The notes beneath the pieces were generated by a model, which was not told where the DNA came from, ran no database searches, and saw only the letters and a list, made by a program, of their open reading frames with translations. From a virus, in IMG/VR virus record IMGVR_UViG_3300044613_003659, positions 43,597-107,596 of that record: DNA of 64,000 nucleotides, one strand, 5' to 3'. Of this stretch, positions 26,511 to 36,409 are shown one piece after another. Both the position numbers and the translations under genes were made by a program. The stretch's first letter is position 1; every line of letters starts with the position of its first letter.

Positions 26511-27508
26511 AGATTCCTTTCCCAAATCACAAAGGGATCATTTACTACTATTGTGCCGTCGGGTCTGGCCATATAATTGCCACGATGTAGATCTATGCTA
26601 TAGTTGTGTTTTCTAGCGAATTGTTGCACTGTTTTTACAGTCTTTAACAGATTCTTTGCTGCTTCTGGTCCACCCAAGAAGTTTATACTGTCTTTGATTT
26701 CATACCATAACGGTTGATCACCTTCGTAACTGCTGTCTTGTGCATAGCCAGTTAAAATTTCCATTGCACGGTCAAAATTGCCTCGGCCTACCTGCATAGT
26801 TACTTCTTCAATGTTGCCAACAAGATAACCCACTTCATCAGGTAATTCTCGTAATGCTTCCATTCTGGCTTGTATATAGTTTTTGCCTTGGTATTCAAAT
26901 GTTTCAAATCCTGAAAATCTTGGCAAGTGTGGATTGTCTCTGTTCTTGTTACAGTAGTTGATCCAATTGATAAACATACGCTGATCAGGACTGAATCCTT
27001 CTACACCTTTACGATAGCCAAACACAATATATACTTGTCCGTTGGGTTCAAGATATGCTTGTTTATCTATGCCACCACCAAGGTACTTGTAACCCTTATC
27101 CATCAAGGCTTTTCTAATACCGCCGTGTATTTCACCTGCCATTTCGTTGACCATTTCTTCTAGATGCGGAATCGCATCTTCGGCTCTTATGGCCTTGGCA
27201 TAGTCTTGGGGTGTATCTATATCATGTAAATTAAAGCCCAGTCGTTTAAGCAAGGGAATCATTTTGTGTTCTTCTTCTTCGCTGCCAAACGCAAACACTG
27301 TGTGCGGTACACCTTTGTTAAATGTTCTAGGATCAGCATCATCTAGGTCACTTACTGCCATACCCAGCTTGTACCAGTCGTACACATCACTGACATCTAC
27401 TAATGTAGTGCCTTTAGGAAAGTTTAATGGAACACCAGGATCACTTTTGAGATAACGATCTTCATCGTAATCGGGATTGTCTTCTAGTGTAAATTCTCTT
27501 GCTCTCAT
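26507..27508 (-). CDS. Protein-kinase-like domain protein, putative internal head protein
   Basis: MRAREFTLE; YLGGGIDKQAY glycine loop; DLHRGN...VNDP. Confidence 0.7.
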   Translation of the reverse strand: MRAREFTLEDNPDYDEDRYLKSDPGVPLNFPKGTTLVDVSDVYDWYKLGMAVSDLDDADPRTFNKGVPHTVFAFGSEEEEHKMIPLLKRLGFNLHDIDTPQDYAKAIRAEDAIPHLEEMVNEMAGEIHGGIRKALMDKGYKYLGGGIDKQAYLEPNGQVYIVFGYRKGVEGFSPDQRMFINWINYCNKNRDNPHLPRFSGFETFEYQGKNYIQARMEALRELPDEVGYLVGNIEEVTMQVGRGNFDRAMEILTGYAQDSSYEGDQPLWYEIKDSINFLGGPEAAKNLLKTVKTVQQFARKHNYSIDLHRGNYMARPDGTIVVNDPFVIWERNL

Positions 27509-28089
27509 CTTCTGCGCCTTGGCATAAATCTTGGTTTTTTCTCAGTTGGTTGTGCAGTTGGCTTGGGACCTGGACGATCTATAGATACTCGGCGTGGATT
27601 TGTTAGACCGGCAGTATCAAACCATGCTGTACTTTCTACATCCCAACTGCTCATATACACATCATTTGATCTATTTGTACCATCATAATGAACAGCATCA
27701 TAATCTCGTGCAATAGCCTGCCATGGCATTTTTTGAAACAAGTCCATGATGTTTTTAATTTCAACACCGTATTGTGCGGCAGCAGACACAGCGTCTCGGT
27801 CTGAATTGATTGCTAAAATTTTAGTGCTAGGAGCCACATCAAATAGTATGCCCTCATTACCAATCCAGCCAGGCATATTTTCTAGTGCCCATTTGACCCA
27901 TGCACTGGTGATGCCATTGGCAGTTTGTTTAGCAGAACTGGTCCAACGACGAGCACGAGGTTTTAAAGCAAAAGTTTCTGCTACAATTGAAAAGTCTTTA
28001 TTGCCTAATTCCTTGGGATGTGGCGCAAACAGTTGCGGACCCAGCCTAACGGTAGACAATGCTTCTGTTATAAAGTCTACCGCTCTCAT
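27505..28089 (-). CDS. Hypothetical protein, possible ADP-ribosyltransferase-like fold
   Basis: MRAVDFITE; WTSS...YDAVHY...WDVES. Confidence 0.5.
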   Translation of the reverse strand: MRAVDFITEALSTVRLGPQLFAPHPKELGNKDFSIVAETFALKPRARRWTSSAKQTANGITSAWVKWALENMPGWIGNEGILFDVAPSTKILAINSDRDAVSAAAQYGVEIKNIMDLFQKMPWQAIARDYDAVHYDGTNRSNDVYMSSWDVESTAWFDTAGLTNPRRVSIDRPGPKPTAQPTEKKPRFMPRRRR

Positions 28090-30587
28090 CTTGCTGGTAT
28101 CACCATGAATTCACCGCTGCCTAGCAGACCGTTTTGTCTCAACCAGTTCACAGCATACTGATTAGCTTCACCTTGATTGTTACGATGTACAAAACTATAC
28201 ACTTCACGATCGTTTTGATCTAACACTCTCCATCGTGTATTACCTGGTGGTAGGCTTTCTGACCCACGGGCAGCAGAACTCGCAGGTTCCGCTTCTATCC
28301 TGTTAATTGTCCATCTGGCACGCTCCAGTCGATCTCTCACTGCGGCCATAGCAGCATCAGCATTTGCTGCTGGAACTGTCATGCTATTGTTTCTTACTTC
28401 ATCACGATAGGTCACCTTATAATCGACTCTATATTGTGTTTGCTCTGCTTGTTGAACTTCTCCTTGATTGCGTGACAGATTGTCTCTTGGTCGCATGAGT
28501 GGTCTGACATATACAGGATCATCAAATCCTGTCTGCTGTTGCCATCTTGCTGCGTGTCTTTCGGCATCTGCTACTGCGTTTCCGATACCGCTTATTATAG
28601 ATACAACCTCATCGGTGTTTCTACTAACCACTTCCCAATGCCCGGTAAATTCTTGATCGCGACTAGGTGTTTGCTGCGCAGGCGGTTCACGCCAAACGGG
28701 TTGTGGCTCTCCTAATCTGGCTCTCAGGTTAAATGGTGTTTCTGGACCTGAGTAGTTGGGGTCGTGGGCTGCAATAATATCACTGGCTGCGACATTGGCG
28801 AATATGTCAGGGAATCTTTGTCCGGCCATTGTTAGAGCTTGGAACATACTCATAGCTTTTACCCAAACACCTTGCGAACTGCCCTCTGGATACACACGAT
28901 AAAATTTATCTGACAAGGCATTCATGTCATCCGTGGTAGCAGCTCGTAATGGTTGTGCCCGCCAACCGTGTTCTTGCGCCCATTCTTCTATGCTATATGA
29001 ACCAATGTTTAATCGCCATTTTTTAATTGCTTCTACAAATGCATCTAGTTGAGTCTTGCCTATCACTTCCGTGCCTTGACTTTGATACGGACTTGAAGCA
29101 CTACCGGTTACTTTCCAAACCAACAAGATATCCTTGGCACCTTGCGTCAGTTTATCAACTCCACGCTTGCCCTGTATTTGTCTGACAAATGCTTTTAGGG
29201 CACTCTGCGGTAATTCGCCGGCTGCAAATTTTGCAAAGTATTGAATCACATCGTTGTCTTGGCCTTGCGATAGAGTTTTGTACAACTTCTTGTAGTATTC
29301 TTGTTTGAATTCTTCAGGCTTGGTAGCAACATCTAATGCCACTACTGCTCGTAACATGGTGTTCTTTACTGCAGAGAGATCATCGCCCAGCCAGTCGCCA
29401 CCGGGACCACGGAATTCAACCCAATCGCCTCTATTGTTGATACTGCTATACTTGCCGGTGCTGCCTGTGTGTAGAACTTTGCTGGCCAATTGATTCAATC
29501 CACCTTGAAACTGTCTCATCATTTCTTCTACACGGCCAGGCTCGCTTCTAGCTACACCAACGATCTGTTTTAATATACTTTTACAATAGCTATTACCCGC
29601 ACGACCAAATTGTTCTAAGATATAGTTGTCGCCCAAGAACATGGCCAGTTTAACAAAGTCTAGATTTTGTTGACCAGGCACACTCACATTCATGTGCAGG
29701 CCAGTGCTATCGTTGGTATAAGCACCCGCTCTACCAGCCCATGCCGCAACTTTGTCTATATCCTCTAACATTTCCGCCACTGTGAGTGGAGGGCTAACAA
29801 ACTCCAATCCGCCATCACCAGGTTCGTCGCCGTGTAGGCTTGAGTCTGGCTCTACCACATAGTGTCCAGGTTGTCTATAAGCACCGTGATAACTGGTACT
29901 AGCATTAACCGGGCGACCTATTGCTTGGCCGAAATCATCTGCTACAGCATTAATACTAAGACCGCTGCTGCCATAGAAATCATCTGGTTGTGTCCAGTAT
30001 GGCCATTCTAGGCCGTGTTCACTAGCAAAGTCCGACATCATACCAATACCGTTGTCGTCTAGCCATTCCTCAAACTTTAAATCAAGATCATCGCGAAATT
30101 CGTCTAGCAATTCATCTCTAATGCTATCTTCGTTGTCTGTCAGGTATTCGCGAACTGCGGTTTCATATTCTTCATCTGTTTCAAAATCGTCTCTGCTTAC
30201 ATTGCTGGTAGCAATTTCTATGGCTCTTTCTTGACCTTCGTTGGATGCTAAAAACTCTTCTTCTTGCTCGTCGGTCCACGCAAGGAAGTTCTCATTTAGT
30301 TCGTCGATGGCTCTTTGTATTGACCGAGTGCTGTTGCTTACCTCGCCGCCGCGGAAAAAGCTCATTATTTCATTGGTCCATCCTGGACCAGTAGGAAACC
30401 TTTCGTCGGCATCATAATCTGGCTCAGGATCAAATTCTTCATCTTCAACTTCTGTATTAGGAACAATTAGTTCAAATTCCATGCCCACTCTAGCGTCAAT
30501 GTTCTTGGCCATTTTTGCAAGATTGGTTGGGCTCATTTTGAGCTCAAACAATTCATCTTCGGTTAGTTCAAATTCACGGTATCTCAT
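28086..30587 (-). CDS. Putative amidoligase (COOH-NH2 ligase) domain protein
   Basis: GMEFE, PDSSL, GLEFVSPPL, STGLHMNVS, KYSSIN and VEFR motifs. Confidence 0.8.
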   Translation of the reverse strand: MRYREFELTEDELFELKMSPTNLAKMAKNIDARVGMEFELIVPNTEVEDEEFDPEPDYDADERFPTGPGWTNEIMSFFRGGEVSNSTRSIQRAIDELNENFLAWTDEQEEEFLASNEGQERAIEIATSNVSRDDFETDEEYETAVREYLTDNEDSIRDELLDEFRDDLDLKFEEWLDDNGIGMMSDFASEHGLEWPYWTQPDDFYGSSGLSINAVADDFGQAIGRPVNASTSYHGAYRQPGHYVVEPDSSLHGDEPGDGGLEFVSPPLTVAEMLEDIDKVAAWAGRAGAYTNDSTGLHMNVSVPGQQNLDFVKLAMFLGDNYILEQFGRAGNSYCKSILKQIVGVARSEPGRVEEMMRQFQGGLNQLASKVLHTGSTGKYSSINNRGDWVEFRGPGGDWLGDDLSAVKNTMLRAVVALDVATKPEEFKQEYYKKLYKTLSQGQDNDVIQYFAKFAAGELPQSALKAFVRQIQGKRGVDKLTQGAKDILLVWKVTGSASSPYQSQGTEVIGKTQLDAFVEAIKKWRLNIGSYSIEEWAQEHGWRAQPLRAATTDDMNALSDKFYRVYPEGSSQGVWVKAMSMFQALTMAGQRFPDIFANVAASDIIAAHDPNYSGPETPFNLRARLGEPQPVWREPPAQQTPSRDQEFTGHWEVVSRNTDEVVSIISGIGNAVADAERHAARWQQQTGFDDPVYVRPLMRPRDNLSRNQGEVQQAEQTQYRVDYKVTYRDEVRNNSMTVPAANADAAMAAVRDRLERARWTINRIEAEPASSAARGSESLPPGNTRWRVLDQNDREVYSFVHRNNQGEANQYAVNWLRQNGLLGSGEFMVIPAR

Positions 30588-30973
30588 TCTATTATTTCCG
30601 GATGTTCTTTGCCATACAGTTTCATTAGGTAGCCGGCTACAGCATCGGCCTGTTGTTCAATTGGTGATCCTGGATAGCTTTGATCACCATGCACCATGTT
30701 GGCTTCATGTTGTTTGCGATGCGCTAGTTCGTGTGCTACAGTACGCATGATATCAATCAAATTTCTGTTGCCGGTATAGATCCACATGATATCATCGTTG
30801 TCGTCATAATAACCGGTTCTATGTTGATCTGGTCCTTCTTTGGCATCTTGGAAACGAATTTTAGGTAATGCTTGTTCAATGTTTAATTTACGCACACACC
30901 ATTGAATAAAATCACGCAATTGCTCTTCGTGTTCTTGAAATGTGCTTTCTACAACAAATTCTCTAGCTCGCAT
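30584..30973 (-). CDS. HExxH zincin-like metallopeptidase
   Basis: MRAREFVVE; RTVAHELAHRKQ...EQQAD. Confidence 0.75.
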   Translation of the reverse strand: MRAREFVVESTFQEHEEQLRDFIQWCVRKLNIEQALPKIRFQDAKEGPDQHRTGYYDDNDDIMWIYTGNRNLIDIMRTVAHELAHRKQHEANMVHGDQSYPGSPIEQQADAVAGYLMKLYGKEHPEIIE

Positions 30974-31616
30974 CTGCTTTATCCTGTGGACCAGCTATCA
31001 TCTTGCCATAGTCCTTGCTCTGTATGTTTTGCGGCGTATGCTCACGCCTACCTTTTACAATTTCAAATGCTCGGCGTAATCCACTGGCTACCGTATCTAG
31101 GCCATCTTCATCTGCTTGATACTTGATTCCGATACCGCCCGATTGTTCCCATTCGGTCAGTACGGTATTACGATCATCAACCAAGATATTCGGCGTGCCG
31201 TCGGGCTGCTTGGCATACTTGCCTTTACGACCAGTAATGCGTATTACTCTGGGTTGCGGATCTAAATTTTCCGCTATCCATGCTCGTTTCATTGCTTCAC
31301 TATTTTGGTTATCACCGCGTAATGGGCTTGAGCAGATATTGTAGTATCCAAACACTTGTACCACCATTGCTACCAATCTATCTGCTGACGGAAACTTAGG
31401 CAGTCTGTAAAAGAAATCAGTACCACGCATCTGTGCAATTACAGGTTCGCGTAGTTCTGCAGGAATGTTGCGATAGTCTGCTCGGCCGCTCTTTACATCT
31501 GCGGGCACTCCGGCTAATTTAGCATATTCTGAGAAGAAATCTGCCAGTACGCCATCCATGTCTAAGAATATTTCTGGGCGGCCGCGAGGTTGTTGTTCTA
31601 GTTCGTATAAGCGCAT
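30963..31616 (-). CDS. HAD-family 5'(3')-deoxyribonucleotidase-like protein
   Basis: FLDMDGVLADF...ILVDDR; likely start MRLYEL. Confidence 0.85.
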   Translation of the reverse strand: MRLYELEQQPRGRPEIFLDMDGVLADFFSEYAKLAGVPADVKSGRADYRNIPAELREPVIAQMRGTDFFYRLPKFPSADRLVAMVVQVFGYYNICSSPLRGDNQNSEAMKRAWIAENLDPQPRVIRITGRKGKYAKQPDGTPNILVDDRNTVLTEWEQSGGIGIKYQADEDGLDTVASGLRRAFEIVKGRREHTPQNIQSKDYGKMIAGPQDKADAS

Positions 31617-31655
31617 TTTGTATTTATTGGCAATTACATTTAAGAAGTTTTTGTC

Positions 31656-31686
31656 AAAAAAAATGCCCCGAAGGGCATTTTTTTTG
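31656..31686. terminator. Bidirectional-type terminator
   Basis: A8-TGCCC-CGAA-GGGCA-T8. Confidence 0.85.
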
Positions 31687-31692
31687 TTGCAG

Positions 31693-32262
31693 TTATCGTC
31701 GGTTATTTGCATCAATTTCGCTAAATGCTCGATCGGACTTGGCCTTTGTATCAGCAGTTACACGGCGTCTATCATTGCGTATTGCCAGCTGATTGGCTTC
31801 ACCCATTGGTAGTGCTACTAGGGCATATGAACGATATCGATTACCTTCAGCAATACGTTTGATTTCTACAATTTCTGCGCCTGAAATATCAGTACCGCGG
31901 CACATTGCACGTATAGCCATTTCGCTACGCTCTACACTGACATCGTCAACGTCGCTCATAAACATCTTGCTTTGTTTATCAACTTCGCCGCCAGCTGCCA
32001 TACAGATTTTGCTAAATGCAATGAGTTTGGCTTTTTCGTCAGCCATGCTAAAATCTCGGCTCACTCCTGTGCCATTTGCATAAACTGCGTCCTTGCTTTC
32101 AGGAAGCTCAGTCATCCATTTAGGCGCTTTATCGATAGTACGCTCGACATATTTTTCTTGTCGTTTACTTTCGTATTCAGCACGTTTTTCAAATCGCTCA
32201 GTAGTACCGCAAGCAGTAACGAGAGCAGCTATTGGAACCAACATAAAAAGTTTATTCATCAT
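31693..32262 (-). CDS. Lipoprotein (LPP20-like)
   Basis: VTAC lipobox; APKWM...YANGTG pattern. Confidence 0.7.
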   Translation of the reverse strand: MMNKLFMLVPIAALVTACGTTERFEKRAEYESKRQEKYVERTIDKAPKWMTELPESKDAVYANGTGVSRDFSMADEKAKLIAFSKICMAAGGEVDKQSKMFMSDVDDVSVERSEMAIRAMCRGTDISGAEIVEIKRIAEGNRYRSYALVALPMGEANQLAIRNDRRRVTADTKAKSDRAFSEIDANNRR

Positions 32263-32268
32263 TACACC

Positions 32269-32391
32269 TTATCTAGATTTAATCCACTCGCCAGCACGTT
32301 GTAAATCGTTACCGGCTCCACTTACTGCACCGCCTACTGTGCCACAGCCAGTAAGGGCTACTACAAACAAAAAAGTAATAAAAGTTTTCAT
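32269..32391 (-). CDS. Entericidin A/B-like lipoprotein (40 aa)
   Basis: MKTFITFLFVVALTGCGTVGGAVSGAGNDLQRAGEWIKSR; not in the ORF track. Confidence 0.75.
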   Translation of the reverse strand: MKTFITFLFVVALTGCGTVGGAVSGAGNDLQRAGEWIKSR

Positions 32392-32411
32392 AATCTATTG
32401 TAAATTAAAGA

Positions 32412-32987
32412 TTAAAATTTGTCAACCACAGTCCACTCATTTCTAATTACACAACCAACAATCTGCCATTGCATCAAATTATTGGTACGTGGATCTATGT
32501 CTGATTCTAAAAAATATCTGCATGTGGATCCTTTGTATTCAAAAGGATCTGAATTTGGCACGGGTTTAAGTTCACTAATTTTAAAGGTATCAAATTTTTT
32601 GAGTCCTTTCTTGAGTTGCGGAATTTCAAAATCATTACAATAAAGGGTCTGACTGGATTGTACTGAACTACCTGCCACTCGTTCAAGTATTTTGGTACGA
32701 CCTGCTTGCAAAGCCTGCGCACACACTTGATCAGTACTGTCTGTGATCGGACCTTGGCTTTCGCCTCGTGCATCGTGCCAACGGTTGTTTATACGAGCTT
32801 TAAAAACAACTGTGCATATTTGTTGATTGCCCGCAGTTTTAACAAATTTTTGAAAATCTGTAACTTCTTTGATTTCAGTATTTGTCTTGTTAGCGGTAAC
32901 TGACTCTTGATAGCAATCAGCCATGGCTACTGCGGGCAACAGACAAACTACTGTTGCGGTTTTTTGAAAGAATCTTCTAGTAAACAT
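32412..32987 (-). CDS. Secreted Cys-rich hypothetical protein
   Basis: Signal-like AVAMA-DC; several paired Cys. Confidence 0.6.
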   Translation of the reverse strand: MFTRRFFQKTATVVCLLPAVAMADCYQESVTANKTNTEIKEVTDFQKFVKTAGNQQICTVVFKARINNRWHDARGESQGPITDSTDQVCAQALQAGRTKILERVAGSSVQSSQTLYCNDFEIPQLKKGLKKFDTFKISELKPVPNSDPFEYKGSTCRYFLESDIDPRTNNLMQWQIVGCVIRNEWTVVDKF

Positions 32988-33289
32988 CTTTGCCTCAGTT
33001 GTCTCTGTTGCGCCTTGATCATAGCTTCGTGTTCGCCGTCCATGCCGGCTGAACTATCCGCTGCTGTACCGTTCCAGACATTAGAAACTATGCCCAAAAT
33101 TGAAGTCATCTGTCCAGCAAGTATAAATCTTTGATTGTCACTGTACCTTTGACTTTCCAAAAATTGATACTGTTCATTGCGTTGATCACAGTTAATTTTG
33201 TAGTTAGACAAATCATTAGCACTCATTCTCACGGGTGTTGTACAGGCTGTTTGTGCTACAGCAGCGAGAATAATCAAGTAGTTTTTCAT
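32948..33289 (-). CDS. Lipoprotein
   Basis: QTAC lipobox. Confidence 0.6.
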   Translation of the reverse strand: MKNYLIILAAVAQTACTTPVRMSANDLSNYKINCDQRNEQYQFLESQRYSDNQRFILAGQMTSILGIVSNVWNGTAADSSAGMDGEHEAMIKAQQRQLRQRCLLEDSFKKPQQ

Positions 33290-33498
33290 CTACACTCTTT
33301 TTGTAAGTCCCAAAATTTTTGTCTAATTTTACGACGTTCATTGAGATCATCGTTGGACAACTGTGATTCGGCTTGTGCCAAAAGTTGCTCCTGTCTTTGC
33401 TTGTTATAACAATCAGCGAACCAAGCTGTAGTGTCAGGAGCGTGTCTTGTGGCACAGGCACTGAGCAAAACTGAAACCGCGACTATAAATGATTTCAT
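33286..33498 (-). CDS. Lipoprotein
   Basis: LSAC lipobox. Confidence 0.65.
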   Translation of the reverse strand: MKSFIVAVSVLLSACATRHAPDTTAWFADCYNKQRQEQLLAQAESQLSNDDLNERRKIRQKFWDLQKECR

Positions 33499-33660
33499 TG
33501 TGCTCGGTTGGGCAGTATAGCAGATTTAAAAATTTGCAATGCGGTATTTTCATCACAACCAGAATTGCGCTGGATATACCGTACAGCATCCTTAGAATTA
33601 AGTTGGAGAACAAAAATTGCTTCGTCTGCAAATCGTTGTGCCTGTGTCATACTATTTCCT

Positions 33661-34077
33661 TTACCAAGATGAATTGTAAAAAACTTTGAGACCAGTAAAA
33701 AGTTCTGCGCGAGCCCGGCGTATAAAATCTAAATCTTGAAGCCGATAATAATCATCGCTATCACTACCAAAGAAAAAACCAGAAGTAGATGGGAGCCTAC
33801 CATTTTTAACGTCCTCCTCCAGAGTCTCTAGATCTTCCCAGGTCAGTTCTAGTTCTACACCGTTAAAGTTGCTACCCCACGAACTGTCCGAGTTGTTACC
33901 GCCTTTGTGTAACCACAGTTGTTCCATCCAACCATGTAAATTAGGATGCTTGCGCCAATAGGCTAATTCGATTGTTGGGTCTTGAAAATCTTCATTACCC
34001 TTTTCGTATCGCTGTTCGTAATACTCATTTTTTGCGCCGGCCTTTGCTGCGGCGTAGGCATACATATCTAAACCCAT
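33661..34077 (-). CDS. Conserved phage hypothetical protein
   Basis: MGLDMYAY...YWRKHPNLHGWM...GFFFG...YNSSW. Confidence 0.75.
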   Translation of the reverse strand: MGLDMYAYAAAKAGAKNEYYEQRYEKGNEDFQDPTIELAYWRKHPNLHGWMEQLWLHKGGNNSDSSWGSNFNGVELELTWEDLETLEEDVKNGRLPSTSGFFFGSDSDDYYRLQDLDFIRRARAELFTGLKVFYNSSW

Positions 34078-34513
34078 TTGAACCTCTTGTGATTTAACTG
34101 TTTCTATTATAATCAAAATCTACAATTTTAGTCAACTCGTTCTTTTGACTTGAGTTTGACAACGGTAAGTTTGGTGTTTTTATTAGCCGGCGGCGGATCG
34201 TTAAGTTTGTCGCCAAACTCTCTTCCAACATAATATTCACACAATCTATGGCGGCACATCGTTGGAATATCTTCAAATCCGGGATCTAATAGAAATTGAT
34301 AAGAGCTCCGACCCCAAGTGGAATATTTGATAAAGACATAATAAGCTCGTCGATGATCTTTATTTGCCGGGTCAAAAACTGTAGCGGGTCTACAATTTAA
34401 CAATAATTTGTTCACTGTACATCCTAAAAAAGTTAATAGGATAGTTATACTAACACATAAAAAAAGCCCTGTCAAGCAGGGCTTTTTACGGATCTTGCTA
34501 TTTTAGCAACTGT

Positions 34514-34732
34514 TTACTTTTTGCTAACAGGTTGCTTTGGTACAGTAGCTAGAATCGAATCATACACAATTTTAGCCATGTCAGTGGTAGTAGTAAATAC
34601 TGCCTTGGTAAAATTGGCATGTGCATCAATTAGTGATTCTACACCATTCTTAACATCTTGGTTTGGAATAAATGCAAATGCTTGCTTGGCGGTGTTGCTG
34701 CTGTGGTCTACAATAGTATCAATTGATAACAT
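34514..34732 (-). CDS. Small amphipathic helical protein, possibly phasin-like
   Basis: 72 aa; AAGGAG SD; upstream TGC-N3-GCA box; own terminator at 34458-34487. Confidence 0.5.
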   Translation of the reverse strand: MLSIDTIVDHSSNTAKQAFAFIPNQDVKNGVESLIDAHANFTKAVFTTTTDMAKIVYDSILATVPKQPVSKK

Positions 34733-34870
34733 TTGAGTTCTCCTTAAAAGTAATGTTCAAGTATTATACTATAATTTATGCTGCACCGCAATATAAAATG
34801 TGCTACTATTTGAATTTAATTTTTCCATTTTGTGCCGATAAATATTGCTATTATTCAAGGAGAAGTCAAA

Positions 34871-35278
34871 ATGGAATTACTTTTAATTGTTGTAGTGTTA
34901 ATAGCTGTAGGAGCCTGGTGGATCTGGTCAGAAAGCAAACATTCTAAGTCAGGGTCACATCCTTTAGATGGTCCAACCAAAACTCCAGAACCATGGCCAT
35001 TCCCAACTAGTCGTCCGCCCGAAGGCGAAAACAAACCAGTGCAGCCCGAGATACCAACTTTGACTGAAAAACTTGATGTCAACAAGGACGGAAAAGTTGA
35101 TGTAAAAGATGCTGTATCCGTATTAGATGTCAACAAAGATGGCAAAGTAGATCTTAAAGATGCGGTGGCAGCAGCAGATGTTGTTGCAAAGAAAACAAAA
35201 AAGGCAGCAACAAAAGTTAAGGCCAAAGCCACTGAAACGGTAGAAAAAGTCAAAAAATCCCGCAGTACAAAAAAATAA
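34871..35278 (+). CDS. Membrane-anchored protein with two EF-hand/dockerin-like loops
   Basis: N-terminal TM segment; DVNKDGKVDxKD twice; Lys/Ala tail. Confidence 0.7.
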   Translation: MELLLIVVVLIAVGAWWIWSESKHSKSGSHPLDGPTKTPEPWPFPTSRPPEGENKPVQPEIPTLTEKLDVNKDGKVDVKDAVSVLDVNKDGKVDLKDAVAAADVVAKKTKKAATKVKAKATETVEKVKKSRSTKK

Positions 35279-36409
35279 GTGAAGATAGTACCAATCAAAA
35301 ACGTCGGTGTTTATCATGACTCCGACGTTAATTTTTGGCATTTTGGTCGTATACAAGATTACTCTGGTTTAAGTTTTAGAGCTCCAGATTATTTTTTAAA
35401 ATCAGCCAACCTCCAAAGTTTTTTAAACAGTATTCACTCGGTAAAATTTGCAAACTATCATGTGGCATTTCCTGCTAACAATGGTTGGTTAGACCGATTT
35501 CATTTGACTTATCCTTATGTAAATCATTCTATAATTGTTTGCTCAGAATTACATCAAGAAACCATAGAACAATTATACACCCTAGATCTTCCAAATGTAA
35601 GTATTTTTGTATGCGGCTATATCTCAAAATCATTTGTACATGCCAAAATTTACCAGTGGATGGATTGGTTTATAACAGCAGGGGACTTTTACAGGCGCTG
35701 TAATACAACCTTACTGTCAAAAAAGATTACTAACACAGACAACAAAGAAAAATTTTTTGATGTGCTACTGGGTTGTCAACGCTATCATAGAGATTATATC
35801 AACGAATACATTGATAAAAATTTAGCCGATCAAGTCATTAAAACTTATTTTCGTCGATGGAATGTAGACCTCAGGCAAACAGATCATATTTTTGAATCAA
35901 CCGGCATAGAGTTTTTAGAAGAAAATAACTATTTTAACACAGTACACATTGTGAAATATTATGGGCACAAAATGAATTTGAGTGCTATTGTACCTATAGA
36001 CATTTACAATCGCACTCATTACAGTTTAGTAGCCGAAACCAATTACAGTAACGATTTTAATTTCTATACTGAAAAGATTGTCAAACCAATATTGGCTAAA
36101 AGATTATTCATTGTTGTAGCAGGTAAAAACTATCTAAAAAATCTACGTAGTTTAGGTTTTAGAACATTTTCTGACGTAATTGATGAATCCTACGACCAGG
36201 TGGAAGATAACCGGAAAAGATGGAACCAAGCTCTGGCCGAAGTCTCAAAATTGTGTAATACTCCGGCGCAGAGTATAAATGAACAGATAAAAACAATAAC
36301 AGAACACAATTACAATTTAATGATGGAAGATTGGAATGGAAAATTTATACAGAATCTTGTTGCTGTAGTTGAACCATATCTAACTGCTGATCATAAAGTT
36401 GTTGACTAG
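35279..36409 (+). CDS. Glycosyltransferase-like protein
   Basis: SLVAET...FYTEKIVKPI...GFRTF...IDESYD; paralogue of 44905-46125. Confidence 0.55.
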   Translation: MKIVPIKNVGVYHDSDVNFWHFGRIQDYSGLSFRAPDYFLKSANLQSFLNSIHSVKFANYHVAFPANNGWLDRFHLTYPYVNHSIIVCSELHQETIEQLYTLDLPNVSIFVCGYISKSFVHAKIYQWMDWFITAGDFYRRCNTTLLSKKITNTDNKEKFFDVLLGCQRYHRDYINEYIDKNLADQVIKTYFRRWNVDLRQTDHIFESTGIEFLEENNYFNTVHIVKYYGHKMNLSAIVPIDIYNRTHYSLVAETNYSNDFNFYTEKIVKPILAKRLFIVVAGKNYLKNLRSLGFRTFSDVIDESYDQVEDNRKRWNQALAEVSKLCNTPAQSINEQIKTITEHNYNLMMEDWNGKFIQNLVAVVEPYLTADHKVVD

